Assembly: GCA_032718475.1 (NCBI GenBank)
Contig: JAUCBJ010002784.1
Location: 1-58,857, forward strand
DNA: 58,857 nt
From: Nemertoderma westbladi
Lineage: Eukaryota > Animalia > Xenacoelomorpha
Direction: 5' to 3'
The notes under the pieces were generated by a model, which ran no database searches, had not been told where the DNA came from, and saw nothing but the letters and a program-made list of their open reading frames with translations. The position numbers were made by a program, and so were the translations under genes. Numbering within the stretch: the first letter of the stretch is position 1; every line of letters begins with the position of its first letter. Positions 13,100-23,983 of the stretch are shown here, one piece after another.

Positions 13100-16000
13100 A
13101 TGTCTGACACCCAGCAAAACCTGTCAGACAGTCTAATCGATACAACCATCTGTGACACAGATAGGAGTGTGGAGCGATTAAGAAAGGAGTTCAGCTCACC
13201 TCCTACTGAAAGAAAGGTCATCCCTCCAGTAGTAGTATCAGACCCTAAGCTAATCCAACACCGTAGGTCTATCATCGGCACTCGGGCCCAAGTCAAACGG
13301 AACCAGGAAGCAGCTGTCCCACAGCAGCAACAGCCTAGTCAAGAAACGTGTTCCCAGCGATCCGATAGCTCAAGTAGTTTGGATACTGTCGAGCTGACCC
13401 CCGAACGCGGATTGCAGATGGCGGCTACAGCCTACTCGGACCCCCTTCTCACCCTTCCTGCCGCAGTGCTAACCACTATATTGATTGCGGTGGAGGAACA
13501 TCAAGCCGATTGGGCGAGAAGTAAGCGAGCGACCCAAGATAATTATGCGGGATACGCCAGGGAAGAATTGATGTCGATTGTCGAGTCACAATGGAACTTT
13601 CCCGGACCCGGACTCCCGTTAGATTTGTCCGAAGCTACTTGGGAAGATATACACAGGATGGGAGTGACTAAAGATACTATGGATCCAGCTGTTTGGAAGA
13701 GGTCGGCAGCAGGATATGTGCAGGGATTCTTCGGCTCCTTAGAGCGATTAGAAGAACAACTGTTTCGACAACCCCAAGGACCTCAAGAGCAGGAAGAGCG
13801 GCTTTATCAAGTACGCGAAAGAACCCTACGTATTAGACTAATCCTATCAGCCTTTGAGGAAACGTCCAAAAGAAGACAGGACACGTCGCTGCAGGTTGCT
13901 GTTAAGACTTGGTTCCAGCGGGTAGGTCTCAAAGTGCAAGAAACGGACCAGTGGAAATCCCAGCTGTCTGAGAGACTAACTTATGAAGAACCAACTGATG
14001 CCACCCTTTCTCAAGTGGAAGGCGAAGAGACCGCAGAGAGACCACGAACGAGAGACGCCATCGACATTTACCTATCCGACTATCAGCGATTCCTAGGAGA
14101 CGAAGAGTTGAGGAGACGGCTGTCTGGACTTTCCCCTAATAGTGAAGGAACCCAGCGTGTGTTAGACTCAATCGATGCTGAAATGTTAGCTGCTAACCAA
14201 GCTGAATTTGATGAAAAACTCCGCCTCACTAAAGTCCAAGAAGAACTAGTAAAGAAAAAAAGGATAGAGGACCGAAAGGCAGCTGCAGTAACAGCGGCAA
14301 TGGCCGAAGTGGAAGCAGAAAGAAAGGCAGCGGCGGCAGAAGCAGAAGTAGAAAGAAAAGCAGCAGATGCAGAAAGAAAGGCAGCGGCGGCCGAAGCAGA
14401 AGCAGAAAGAAAAGCAGCAAAGGCAGTGGCAGAAGCAGAACGGAGAGCCTCTGAGGAGACTACCCAACTGGAGTTGGAAAATCTGCAAGAGACGCAAGAC
14501 AACATAAATAAACAGTTAACTGCTAGTCACATGCAGATGATGAGAAAATCTACTCCCAAACGCCAGGGATATACGTCATCGGAGGAAAGCGAAACCACCG
14601 ATCCTGAAGGCGGAGGAAATAGATCTCGTCTAAGCAGGCGTAGAAAAACATCTTATCGTCACAAATTGCCTGATTTGCCCCCAGCTGTTAGAAGACAACT
14701 AGCTAGCACAGACTTAAGTAGTATAGAACCTACAGACCAAGTTATTAAGGTCAAAAAACTCCCTACTATAGTTGATGAGCCTGAAATAATTAGGCCTGTC
14801 GTTCCCAAAGTCACTACTGTGTTAGAGACCCCTGTACTTCCAGAGCTTAACTCTAAATTCCCTTTACACAGTACTGCACTGCCTGTGCCCGGTAGAACAG
14901 TCCATGAGAATATTCCTGTCCTGGAAGCTGAGAGAGAAATCAAAGATTTGTCTCCCGTCGTCCCACGTCAGCCCGCTACAATGTTGGCGACTCCCGCTTC
15001 GGCGGTCGAGTGGGTAGAGGAGGGACGGCGGGGGATGAATCTCCTGCTCGGACAGATGCAGGAGACTGTCTACCAACTTAAGGGAACAGTAAGGGAAGGT
15101 AGGGCCGAATTGCAAGAAGTGCAGCAAAGTATCGCGCTAGAACGCGACAAATTAGTCAACATCCAAAAAGGTATACCCATACCCCCTGTAAAATTGTGTC
15201 AACCTGTTAGGTCTGAAGTATTACATGCGCAAGGTGTGGAGCCTACACGCATCTATACTGCTAGTGAAGTAGAAACTCCTATAGCAAACCCTATTAAGGG
15301 TGATTATAGACCTGTTGTTAATGATATTCCCTATAGACCTGATAATGATCCGAGAAATTTATATACCGATAATTCGATATTAAATAACACGATGGCCCAA
15401 GAAAGCTTTACGCGTCAGATGGCTAGAACAGAAGCCCGCCAAGCGGTCAAAGTGGGAGAGATCGTCAAATTCAATGGAGATGAGATGAAATGGTTACCTT
15501 TCAACGAATATTACAAAGATAGCATACAAAACTCTGTACTATCTAACGGAGAGAAACTTAGGTTCCTCATCAAGTGCTTGGAAGGACCTCCCAGGTTAAT
15601 GGCGTTAAAGTTTATTGGACATCCGGAAGGATTAAGACAAGTATGGGATACATTAAACATCAGGTATGGTAACAAGGATAACATAGCTAAGTATTTGTAT
15701 GCAAAATTAGTAGCCCCCCGACACTTCCTTAGTAGCGGGATTATAGAGTTTTCCGATGAGATTCAGGAAATCTGTAGACAATTGGACTGGTTAGGTAAGT
15801 CTCATGAATACCAGAGTTCCATGGTTATTGGAGCCGTAGTCTCTACTTTACCAAAGGGTGGAGTATGTACACGCTGGGACAAGAAAGTGTTGTACATGAA
15901 TGAACAACAACGACGAAGCCCTACCATGGCTGATCTCATGTCCTTCTTAGATGGTGAGGTAAAAATACAACTCATCAAGCAGTCCAGAGAGAAAACATCG

Positions 16001-16873
16001 GAAAATAAGGTAAGTGAGAAACCCGCTTCTAGGAGAAGAATAACACCGGTGTGTTACACTGACGACGGCGAAAGCCAAGTTTCTCAAGAAGAGGACAGCG
16101 GGAAAGACACTGAGAGATCTTACTACGTTGACAAAACCTCAAAAGATGTAAGTAAATACAAAGCTCGAACCAACGATAGGAGAGAACAGGTTGCCAAGAC
16201 CCCTCCTCAGTCCCCTAACAGAATGCACCGAAGAAAACCCGAAGAAAGAACGAGAGTGCATCAAGTTACCCAAGGTAAAGTGAGTAACATAAAGCCTAAC
16301 TGTGCGTTGTGCGACGGGACCCACCGTTTGAGTGCATGTGCTGAATTTCTAAAGAAATCCCTTGTAGACAGACGTACAGTCGTGTGGGACAAGCGGTTAT
16401 GCTATAATTGCCTCAGACCAGGACACCAACGGCGAACCTGTTACTCCGACGTAAAGTGTGCAAAGTGTAGCGCGAAACATCACATCTTGTTACACAGTGA
16501 GTTCGACCGAGACAACCCGAGCCAGGTAAGTGAGCCCGAATTACATGTCCAATTCAGTGATGTAAACGACACTGATCAAGAATCTGAGATGGAAGGATTC
16601 TATACTGACGAATTCTCCGACGCTAACGAATCCTGTTATCTAATCAATACTGCAGTGTATCGAGCACTTACTTATGAAAAGGACAACAACAATGAGTTTC
16701 CCCCAACTACTTTTGCCAAACAACCATCTTGGAAAGCTCCAACTTCCAACGTAGGAATCAGAGAATTTCCTGTAGTGCAGGTAAGAGTTCACGGTCCTAA
16801 CCACAGTTACATAGTGAACGCACTCCTTGACTCCGGCAGCACAGGAACATTCATCGATCAAGAATTAGCCTAA
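13100..16873 (+). CDS. gag: BEL/Pao Gag (long N-terminal extension, capsid-like DUF1759-type region, triple zinc knuckle) plus start of aspartic protease
   Basis: KFNGDEMKWLPF..LSNGEKLRFLIKCLEG; CALCDGTHRLSAC, CYNCLRPGHQRRTC, CAKCSAKHHILLH; ALLDSGSTGTFI. Ends at an in-frame TAA inside the protease. Confidence 0.88.
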   Translation: MSDTQQNLSDSLIDTTICDTDRSVERLRKEFSSPPTERKVIPPVVVSDPKLIQHRRSIIGTRAQVKRNQEAAVPQQQQPSQETCSQRSDSSSSLDTVELTPERGLQMAATAYSDPLLTLPAAVLTTILIAVEEHQADWARSKRATQDNYAGYAREELMSIVESQWNFPGPGLPLDLSEATWEDIHRMGVTKDTMDPAVWKRSAAGYVQGFFGSLERLEEQLFRQPQGPQEQEERLYQVRERTLRIRLILSAFEETSKRRQDTSLQVAVKTWFQRVGLKVQETDQWKSQLSERLTYEEPTDATLSQVEGEETAERPRTRDAIDIYLSDYQRFLGDEELRRRLSGLSPNSEGTQRVLDSIDAEMLAANQAEFDEKLRLTKVQEELVKKKRIEDRKAAAVTAAMAEVEAERKAAAAEAEVERKAADAERKAAAAEAEAERKAAKAVAEAERRASEETTQLELENLQETQDNINKQLTASHMQMMRKSTPKRQGYTSSEESETTDPEGGGNRSRLSRRRKTSYRHKLPDLPPAVRRQLASTDLSSIEPTDQVIKVKKLPTIVDEPEIIRPVVPKVTTVLETPVLPELNSKFPLHSTALPVPGRTVHENIPVLEAEREIKDLSPVVPRQPATMLATPASAVEWVEEGRRGMNLLLGQMQETVYQLKGTVREGRAELQEVQQSIALERDKLVNIQKGIPIPPVKLCQPVRSEVLHAQGVEPTRIYTASEVETPIANPIKGDYRPVVNDIPYRPDNDPRNLYTDNSILNNTMAQESFTRQMARTEARQAVKVGEIVKFNGDEMKWLPFNEYYKDSIQNSVLSNGEKLRFLIKCLEGPPRLMALKFIGHPEGLRQVWDTLNIRYGNKDNIAKYLYAKLVAPRHFLSSGIIEFSDEIQEICRQLDWLGKSHEYQSSMVIGAVVSTLPKGGVCTRWDKKVLYMNEQQRRSPTMADLMSFLDGEVKIQLIKQSREKTSENKVSEKPASRRRITPVCYTDDGESQVSQEEDSGKDTERSYYVDKTSKDVSKYKARTNDRREQVAKTPPQSPNRMHRRKPEERTRVHQVTQGKVSNIKPNCALCDGTHRLSACAEFLKKSLVDRRTVVWDKRLCYNCLRPGHQRRTCYSDVKCAKCSAKHHILLHSEFDRDNPSQVSEPELHVQFSDVNDTDQESEMEGFYTDEFSDANESCYLINTAVYRALTYEKDNNNEFPPTTFAKQPSWKAPTSNVGIREFPVVQVRVHGPNHSYIVNALLDSGSTGTFIDQELA

Positions 16874-18046
16874 GATATCTTTGCTGGACAACCCAAATTC
16901 CGGACTAAATTGAATATGTCAGGAATTATGCAGGTTTGGAAATCTACCCTAACGGCAGATTACTATGTAGGTGTGTTGTCCACCCCCCAGGATAAGTTAG
17001 GAGCACAAGGTATAAGGTCGGTAAAAATGGTGGCTATAAAGAACTTCGCTACTACTCAAGCAGACCTTTATAATTGGGACGAGGATGAGAGCATCCAACA
17101 TCTTAAGATACCTCGATTCCAGACAGATTATCCTGGAGTGCAAATACTCATCGGCCAGAACGCGCATGAGGCGCTCGAGACATTGGAGAAACGGCCTGCT
17201 CAACCACAGCCACTGCAAACCTATGCGGTAAGAACTAGAGTAGGTTGGTACTTTACTGGCCCTTCCCGCAGGACTCTCGAAGAGAGAATGCCACAAGAAT
17301 GGATATACCAAGTAAACGATTGGAGCGAGGAGAGCAGTGAGGTGGACGAACTAACTGAGGAAACGCCATACTCTTCAGATAATGACGACATCTACCAACT
17401 CGTCGATGAAGAGAACACAATCGACCTACTTACAGAAAACCAAACTTGGAAAAATCAGGTGAACCTATGTCAACTGATTCGCCCATCGGAACCCATCGCT
17501 TACAATGACGAACTAAACGATGAGATAGAGCGCTACAACGCTAGAACTCGGGACGAACTAGCCGTACGATTCTTTACTCAAGAACTGGTAGAGCCCAATT
17601 CATATGATAAGGCCCTATCGATAGAAGAAGAAAGAGCCAAGCAAATCCAGGAAACAACTACACGTTTTTTAAAGGAACAATGTAGATATGAAATCGGCCT
17701 ACCATTTCGAAAACGAGAACCTAGATTTATAAATAACAGACCCTTGGCAGAGAAAAGAATCGCTCAATTACACCGACGCCTTACGGCTAACGCTCCAGCT
17801 AAAGAAATGTACCAAACTCAGCTGAAGAAATTTATAACAAAGGGATATGCGGAGCGAGTGCCGGAAGGAACACCAGTGACTGAGAGAACGTATTACTTAA
17901 CACATCATTACGTTCCCAAACCCGGTAAACCCCACGAAGTACGAGTCGTATTCGATGGCTCCGCCCTATATATGGGCCAATCCCTCAATTCTGAGTTGTT
18001 ACCAGGACCCAACTTACTCCAATCTTTGTTGGGAATACACATGTAA
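16874..18046 (+). pseudogene. pol: BEL/Pao pol continuation: protease C-terminal half and RT N-terminus, truncated
   Basis: Same frame as gag. VQILIGQN, AVRTRVGWYFTGP, RYEIGLPFR, YYLTHHYVPKPGK..VRVVFDGSA..SLNSELLPGPNLL. Similarity stops at ~18040, before the catalytic DD motif. Confidence 0.88.
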
Positions 18047-18147
18047 AACACAAAAAGCTGCATTACTGTAATTATTTTTCGTATAATCGTATAATTGTTT
18101 CCCCGTTGTGGCAACTATAACATCTGTTGATATAACTCCGTATTCCA

Positions 18148-18203
18148 CCGTTTGGGTTCGTTTGGGTACCGTTTGGGTCCGTTTGGGTTTTTAGTCCTAC
18201 CCG
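18148..18203 (-). repeat. Solo terminus of a second foldback-like family
   Basis: CGTTTGGGT x4 followed by TTTTAGTCCTACCCG. The reverse complement resembles the outer element's terminus. Confidence 0.55.
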
Positions 18204-19500
18204 TGATTAGACACTTGAGTTCTGTATATTGTGGTAATTATACGTTAGTGAAGTCTTGCGGTAATTATACACTGAATATTAATAACTACCGTACTGTATA
18301 TTGTGGTAATTAGACACTCTTGGATTCTGTATATTGTGGTAATTAGATGCCATTGTAAAATAATATTGTGGTAATTAGATGCAGTGTAGTCTTGTGGTAA
18401 ATAGATTGTGGTAATTAGACGCAGTGTTGTGTTGTGGTAATTAGACGCAGTATATTGTTGTGGTAATTAGACGCAGTATAGTCTTGTGGTAATTAGACAC
18501 TCTTGCATTCTGTATATTGTGGTAATTAGATGCCATTGTAAAATAATATTGTGGTAATTAGATGCAGTGTAGTCTTGTGGTAAATAGATTGTGGTAATTA
18601 GACGCAGTGTTGTGTTGTGGTAATTAGACGCAGTATATTGTTGTGGTAATTAGACGCAGTATAGTCTTGTGGTAATTAGACACTCTTGCATTCTGTATAT
18701 TGTGGTAATTAGATGCCATTGTAAAATAATATTGTGGTAATTAGATGCAGTGTAGTCTTGTGGTAAATAGATTGTGGTAATTAGACGCAGTGTTGTGTTG
18801 TGGTAATTAGACGCAGTATATTGTTCTGGTAATTAGACGCAGTATAGTCTTGTGGTAATTAGACACTCTTGCATTCTGTATATTGTGGTAATTAGATGCC
18901 ATTGTAAAATAATATTGTGGTAATTAGATGCAGTGTAGTCTTGTGGTAAATAGATTGTGGTAATTAGACGCAGTGTTGTGTTGTGGTAATTAGACGCAGT
19001 ATATTGTTGTAGTAATTAGACGCAGTATAGTCTTGTGGTAATTAGACACTCTTGCATTCTGTATATTGTGGTAATTAGATGCCATTGTAAAATAATATTG
19101 TGGTAATTAGATGCAGTGTAGTCTTGTGGTAAATAGATTGTGGTAATTAGACGCAGTGTTGTGTTGTGGTAATTAGACGCAGTATATTGTTGTGGTAATT
19201 AGACGCAGTATAGTCTTGTGGTAATTAGACACTCTTGCATTCTGTATATTGTGGTAATTAGATGCCATTGTAAAATAATATTGTGGTAATTAGATGCAGT
19301 GTAGTCTTGTGGTAAATAGATTGTGGTAATTAGATGCAGTGTAGTCTTGTGGTAAATAGACACTTGAGTTCTGTATATTGTGGTAATTAGATGCCATTGT
19401 AAAATAAGATTGTGGTAATTAGATGCCTGTATCGAATTGTTGGGGTAGATTGTGGTAGATTGTTGTAGTTTGTGGTAGGTTGGGGTAATTAGTAGGACCG
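18204..19500 (-). repeat. Right foldback arm: TTGTGGTAATTAG-core subrepeats, exact 183-bp higher-order period, ~6.5 copies
   Basis: GCCATTGTAAAATAATATTGTGG at about 18349, 18532, 18715, 18898, 19081 and 19264. Confidence 0.93.
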
Positions 19501-19559
19501 AACTTTTTGAAGTTAGCAATATTCCATTCTTATTGACTCTGTGTTCTGGTGTTAAACAG

Positions 19560-19947
19560 GATTAACGTGATTGGTTGCTGCTTAGTCGTTAGTAGCAGCC
19601 CCTAGCAGGTTTCTCCAACCACCTGACTGCCTGACCACATCACTTGTTTTATACAAACTGGAATAATGTTATTGTTAACTGGAAAAGCCACGATGTAAGC
19701 ACCACCCCCCCCCCCCCCCCCGGCCCCCTCTGCCCTCTGCCCACCCCCCCGCCCCCTTAACTGACTTAATACTACAGTAACGGTACCTACCTGCTACATA
19801 ACACATAATATTACTGATTATACCGGTATAGGCCTATAAACCAACCAAGTTCCAAACTTTTACTATTTATCTGTTTATATTTTATTCGGCGGACATGAAT
19901 CAAGCCACGACAGATATGTTTCAGAATATTCACTAAAACAGTTCATC
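19560..19947 (+). promoter_or_regulatory. Possible proximal promoter/5' leader of the receptor gene
   Basis: ATTGG near 19570, poly-C/CCCCGCCCC at 19705-19757, TATAAA at 19835-19840. Motifs only; an upstream non-coding exon is not excluded. Confidence 0.25.
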
Positions 19948-22009
19948 ATGAAAACTGTAAAAAATCTTTACATAATAATATTTATTGCGTTCGCCTATTG
20001 CTATTTATCGTGTTACGCTGATGGTGTATTGGACGTAGCTTGTATCAGCTACACTGGCGACAAATTAATCTGCACTGTTATAAACCGGAACCCCGAATGC
20101 ACATACGAGTGGGTCATTTACTTCATCGGCGGACTCAACCCAGAGGACCGTGATTGCCTTACCTCCGGTAGACGCGGCAATTGGGAATGCGTCGTCCTGG
20201 TTACCCCGTTTAAATCTATTGCGGTGTTGGTAAAGTGTATAGATCTCACCGCTAAGGTTATAGGTAGTTATTATTGGAGTGGAAAGGTTTATGAGCTAAT
20301 TAAACCGTATCCTCCAGAAAATATTGCGATAACCCATGTGACCAGTGAGGAGGTTAAATTTAACCTAAATATAAATAGCGCCATAGCCACACCTTATTTT
20401 AGCAAATTTCATTTTGTCATTCTGTACAGTGAATATAATAACACCATTGATCCATGGAGCGAACGCCGAATCGAAAAGGTAATCCCGACTTTTGAATCGA
20501 TTATAAACTTAATTCTGGATAACCTGAAACCTTTTACTAAATATAAACTCAAAATAGAGTTATGTCTTCTTCTTAGCCAGTCCGTTACTACACACGATGA
20601 GTTGCGTTGTAGTAACCGCTCCCTACCGGTGACCTTTACTACCAAAGAATCTCCCCCGGGTAAACCAGTTAGTCTCGCTATCTCACAGATTCCAGATGAA
20701 AGAGAAGACATTTCTAAAAGGAAGATGCAATTTGTGTGGAAGCCACCGGTTGAAGTTAACGGGATTCTAACTGGGTATCTGTTGGAATACTGGAATACTA
20801 AAGGTACCGGTACCGAAAAGAATATTCTTAACTTCGGGGAATCTACTGAATCAGCGGTTTTTGAGTTGGAATCCGGGCCGGATTACGAGATAACGTTACG
20901 GGCTAAGAACAGCGGTGGTTTCCTTTCGGAACCGGCACACATACACGTTTCTGGTCATCTAAAGATGTCCTACGTACGAGAGGTTAACGTTACTGCGGGT
21001 AAACGTTGGCTATTAGTTAGATGGTCGCCGCCTCCCGGTAATCTCTACACCATTAAAAACTACTCGATAACCTGGAGGAGGAAACCTAGTTCTTTTCCCC
21101 AAGAGAAAACAATCCTCGCGGCGACCGAGAGGTGGTACAATGTAACCGGACTGCATCCACATACTCTATACGATGTTGGGGTTAGTTCAATAGGAGAGGA
21201 TCAACTAGCCCCTTCCGAACCCAACACCCTAGCGACTATAACAGCAGAGGATTCCCCGAGTGGGTCTCCTACCAATCTTCGACTCTCCACTCCGGATGTC
21301 CGCGTAATCGTCGCTGAGTGGCGCCCTCTAGCGGCAGACCAACGTAACGGGGAGATTATCAGCTACTCCGTAACAATCTGTAACACTGTAGAGATAAACG
21401 ACTGTAATTCCTCAACGACTCTTGGGTTACAGGAAACCTTCACCGATCTGAGGGCGTTCACTCGTTACAGCGTTTATGTTTCGGCGGCGACGTCCGTTGG
21501 AGCGGGTCCGGCCACTCCGAGTCGGACGATGCGGACGCTGTCGGACGCCCCGGGGGACGCCCCTAGCGGGGTTGTGGTGTCCGACGAAAGCTGGGACTCT
21601 GTCTCCGTCTCCTTCCATCCCCCCGTCCACCCCAATGGCGAGCCCTTCTACTCCCTCCACTGGTGCGACTCCTTCCAACCCCCGTTAGCGACTCGTTGTT
21701 CTCTCACTAGCGCCTCGACCAGTGTCCGACTGTCCCATCTCCATGGGAACTCGACCTTCGAGGTCAAGATCCGCGCGTGTAACCGAGTAGCCGACCGCGA
21801 CCGCTGTGGTCCCAAATCCGAGGTTTCGGTCACCACGTTAATCGGCCCTCCGGGTCCCGTCACCAGCGTCACCGCTAGAGACATCCGAGAGGACGCCACA
21901 ACGATCGCGTGGCAACTTCCTACCTTCACCAACGGGCCCGTCGATCATATATTGGTTACTTACTGGAATAATTCCCACGATAAACACATTCAGAGTATCC
22001 GAGTCGAAG
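19948..22009 (+). CDS. Type I cytokine receptor-like (gp130/Domeless-type) protein, coding exon 1: signal peptide, cytokine-binding homology region, FN3 repeats
   Basis: Hydrophobic N-terminus; C-ISYTGDKLI-C...C...C pattern; IKPYPPEN hinge; LKPFTKY; CSNRS at the WSxWS position; five further FN3 starts (WKPP, WSPP, WRPL, FHPP, WQLP). Strong donor GAAG|GTAAGT, phase 1. Confidence 0.88.
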
Positions 22010-23079
22010 GTAAGTGAATTTACGCCAATATCTGGGGAATTTCCGGTTTGGGGGGCACTGAAACGCTAAAAAACGTATGTGTATAAAACACGTTCGTGGG
22101 GACTTCGCGCAGCACGAGGCCTAGTTATTATATACAAATTAAAATGCAGCGACTGTATCACAAAATCAGGTTTTGAGAAATTTACCCACACCACCAATCA
22201 ATCAAAGAAAGGTGGACAGTACGTGTTCACCCCTTTTAATCTCCCCCCCCCCCCCCCCCCCCCACCCTTCCCAACCACCAATACATAACCGCGACATCTA
22301 CCACCCACGGAAGGGTAGCACGAACTTATTTCCAATCGCACGTTAAATATGCAAAGCCAGGTGGTTTATAGGAATATAATAAACGCAGTACTCGTTTTCA
22401 TTATAAGCCTCTTTGCGTTCGTCCTGTTTTGTATTTAAATATATTTCTTAAGGGGGGGGTATAATAATAGACCATAAATTTTGGACGCTCTATAGATGCA
22501 TCTAAAATTATTTTTTTGCTAGGAGTCATATTTTGAGTTTTGTGACTAAGGAATTAAAATTTTGGAAAAATTCAAAATTTTTCAAAAATTTTATTTTTTC
22601 GCCAAAATTTTGCCAAAAAGGCAAAAAATGAAAAAAATGCTAAGGCTTCTAGCCAAATTATCCAAATACTTCAAAACTCACGTGAGAAAGTCAGTAGGAC
22701 GTCCCAAACGATTTGCATTGACAAAATTTTGATATCTTGTCGAGAAGAGCAAAAAGCACCAAAAGGGACATTTTTGGTCCAAAAAATGACCAAAATTTCA
22801 AAAATTTGGCCCAATTTTTCGAAAAAATTGAGTTTTTACAAAAATATCAAAATTTTGTCAATGCATTTTGTAAAGGACCCCACAATCATCGATCATGCAA
22901 AAAATCAGCACATTTGGGCCATTTTTGACAGAGCCTTAGCATTTTTCGTTTGAAAAATGCTAATTGGAGAAAAACAGGTTTAAAGTTAAAGTTTGTTTAT
23001 TTTATTATGAAGTTAAATTTTTGAAATTTCGATTAAATGAGATAAACTCAGTGAATTCTAATAAAATTTTTTTCATCTA

Positions 23080-23758
23080 CAGTACAGGCCACCAGAAAAC
23101 GCAGATTTGTACAATTGTGAACACATTTTATCAAATGTGTACCAGTGTAATATAACGTTGTTGAACGGGACAATTGAACATAATTGAACATAATTGAATT
23201 GGCAACAACCAAAATTTTTTCGCCAAAGGATACAATTGAATACTTTTGAAACGCTTAGTAATCTGGAAACTCTCTGTAGTTTGCCGCGAACTGTCACTCA
23301 CTGCAGCTGGAAATGCGATAAGGATTTTGTTTACCTTTATAGTGTGCGGTTAATAGTGTCTAGTAGGCAGGCCTATAGTTAGTGATGTTAAGGCATCTTC
23401 TGGTGTTTCTCTGTGCCCTCTCGGTGTCAGACTAATGGCGCGACATCTCCCTGCACTAAATTAATTATTCAATGGTCTAGGCTCCTCCATCCATATACCC
23501 ATCCACTCCATGAACCTCCATGTGGTCTTGTATGTAGTTCTCTCTCTACCAATACAACCCATGTCCGCAAGGTTACGCCCTGTGGGCTCTCTCATCTACC
23601 TGATATCAGACATACAGGCGCACCGCACACTAAGCCTTTGTCGGTCCCAGCAAGTTAGCTAGATAACTCGCCATAACCTGCCAATCAGATGACTTGAACA
23701 AATGTGTTCACATGTGATCACATTGGGTGAAATCTGCTTTTTCTGGTGGCCTGTACTG
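23080..23758. repeat. Internal inverted-repeat pair within the transposon (nested MITE or structural palindrome)
   Basis: CAGTACAGGCCACCAGAAAACGCAGATTT versus AAATCTGCTTTTTCTGGTGGCCTGTACTG, with TA on both sides. Confidence 0.7.
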
Positions 23759-23983
23759 TAGTTCCAAATTTTATGTAGATTCCAAAAATTGTATTATTAT
23801 CGCATGTTAATCTTAAGGTCATATTATTTCATATAAAAGACATGTTAAAGGGTGTGAATTTTTTGACAAAATTTGAACAAAAAACTGAAATCAATAAAAA
23901 ATAATAATTCAAATTAGGCACTATATTAATATTCATTAATTAAAATTAAATTTAAAAATTTAAAATGAAATTTAAAAAGTTAA

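Larger units (their letters stand above)
9727..18046 (+). mobile_element. BEL/Pao LTR retrotransposon, 3'-truncated within RT; 5' LTR/leader boundary uncertain
   Basis: Gag-PR-RT coding at 13100-18046, preceded by a long repeat-containing leader. No RNase H, integrase or second LTR. The 5' boundary is a guess. Confidence 0.75.
8457..19500. mobile_element. Foldback/MULE-type element (11 kb) with long tandem-repeat inverted arms and a 9-bp TSD
   Basis: Left end GGGTCCTACTAATTACCCCAACCTACC; right end reverse complement CGGTCCTACTAATTACCCCAACCTACC. AACTTTTTG lies directly outside both ends (8448-8456, 19501-19509). No transposase recognised inside. Confidence 0.88.

Noticed and set aside
14083-15127. 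Antisense ORFs within gag
   Set aside because: They are shadows of the low-complexity sense ORF.
18204-19500. CRISPR-like look: constant 13-bp core with different spacers
   Set aside because: The spacers recur with an exact 183-bp period, the context is eukaryotic and there are no cas genes. It is a higher-order repeat in a TIR.
22094-22125. Helitron 3' end (TCGTG...CACGA then CTAG-T)
   Set aside because: The hairpin is weak and no 5' end was identified, so it is too little to call.
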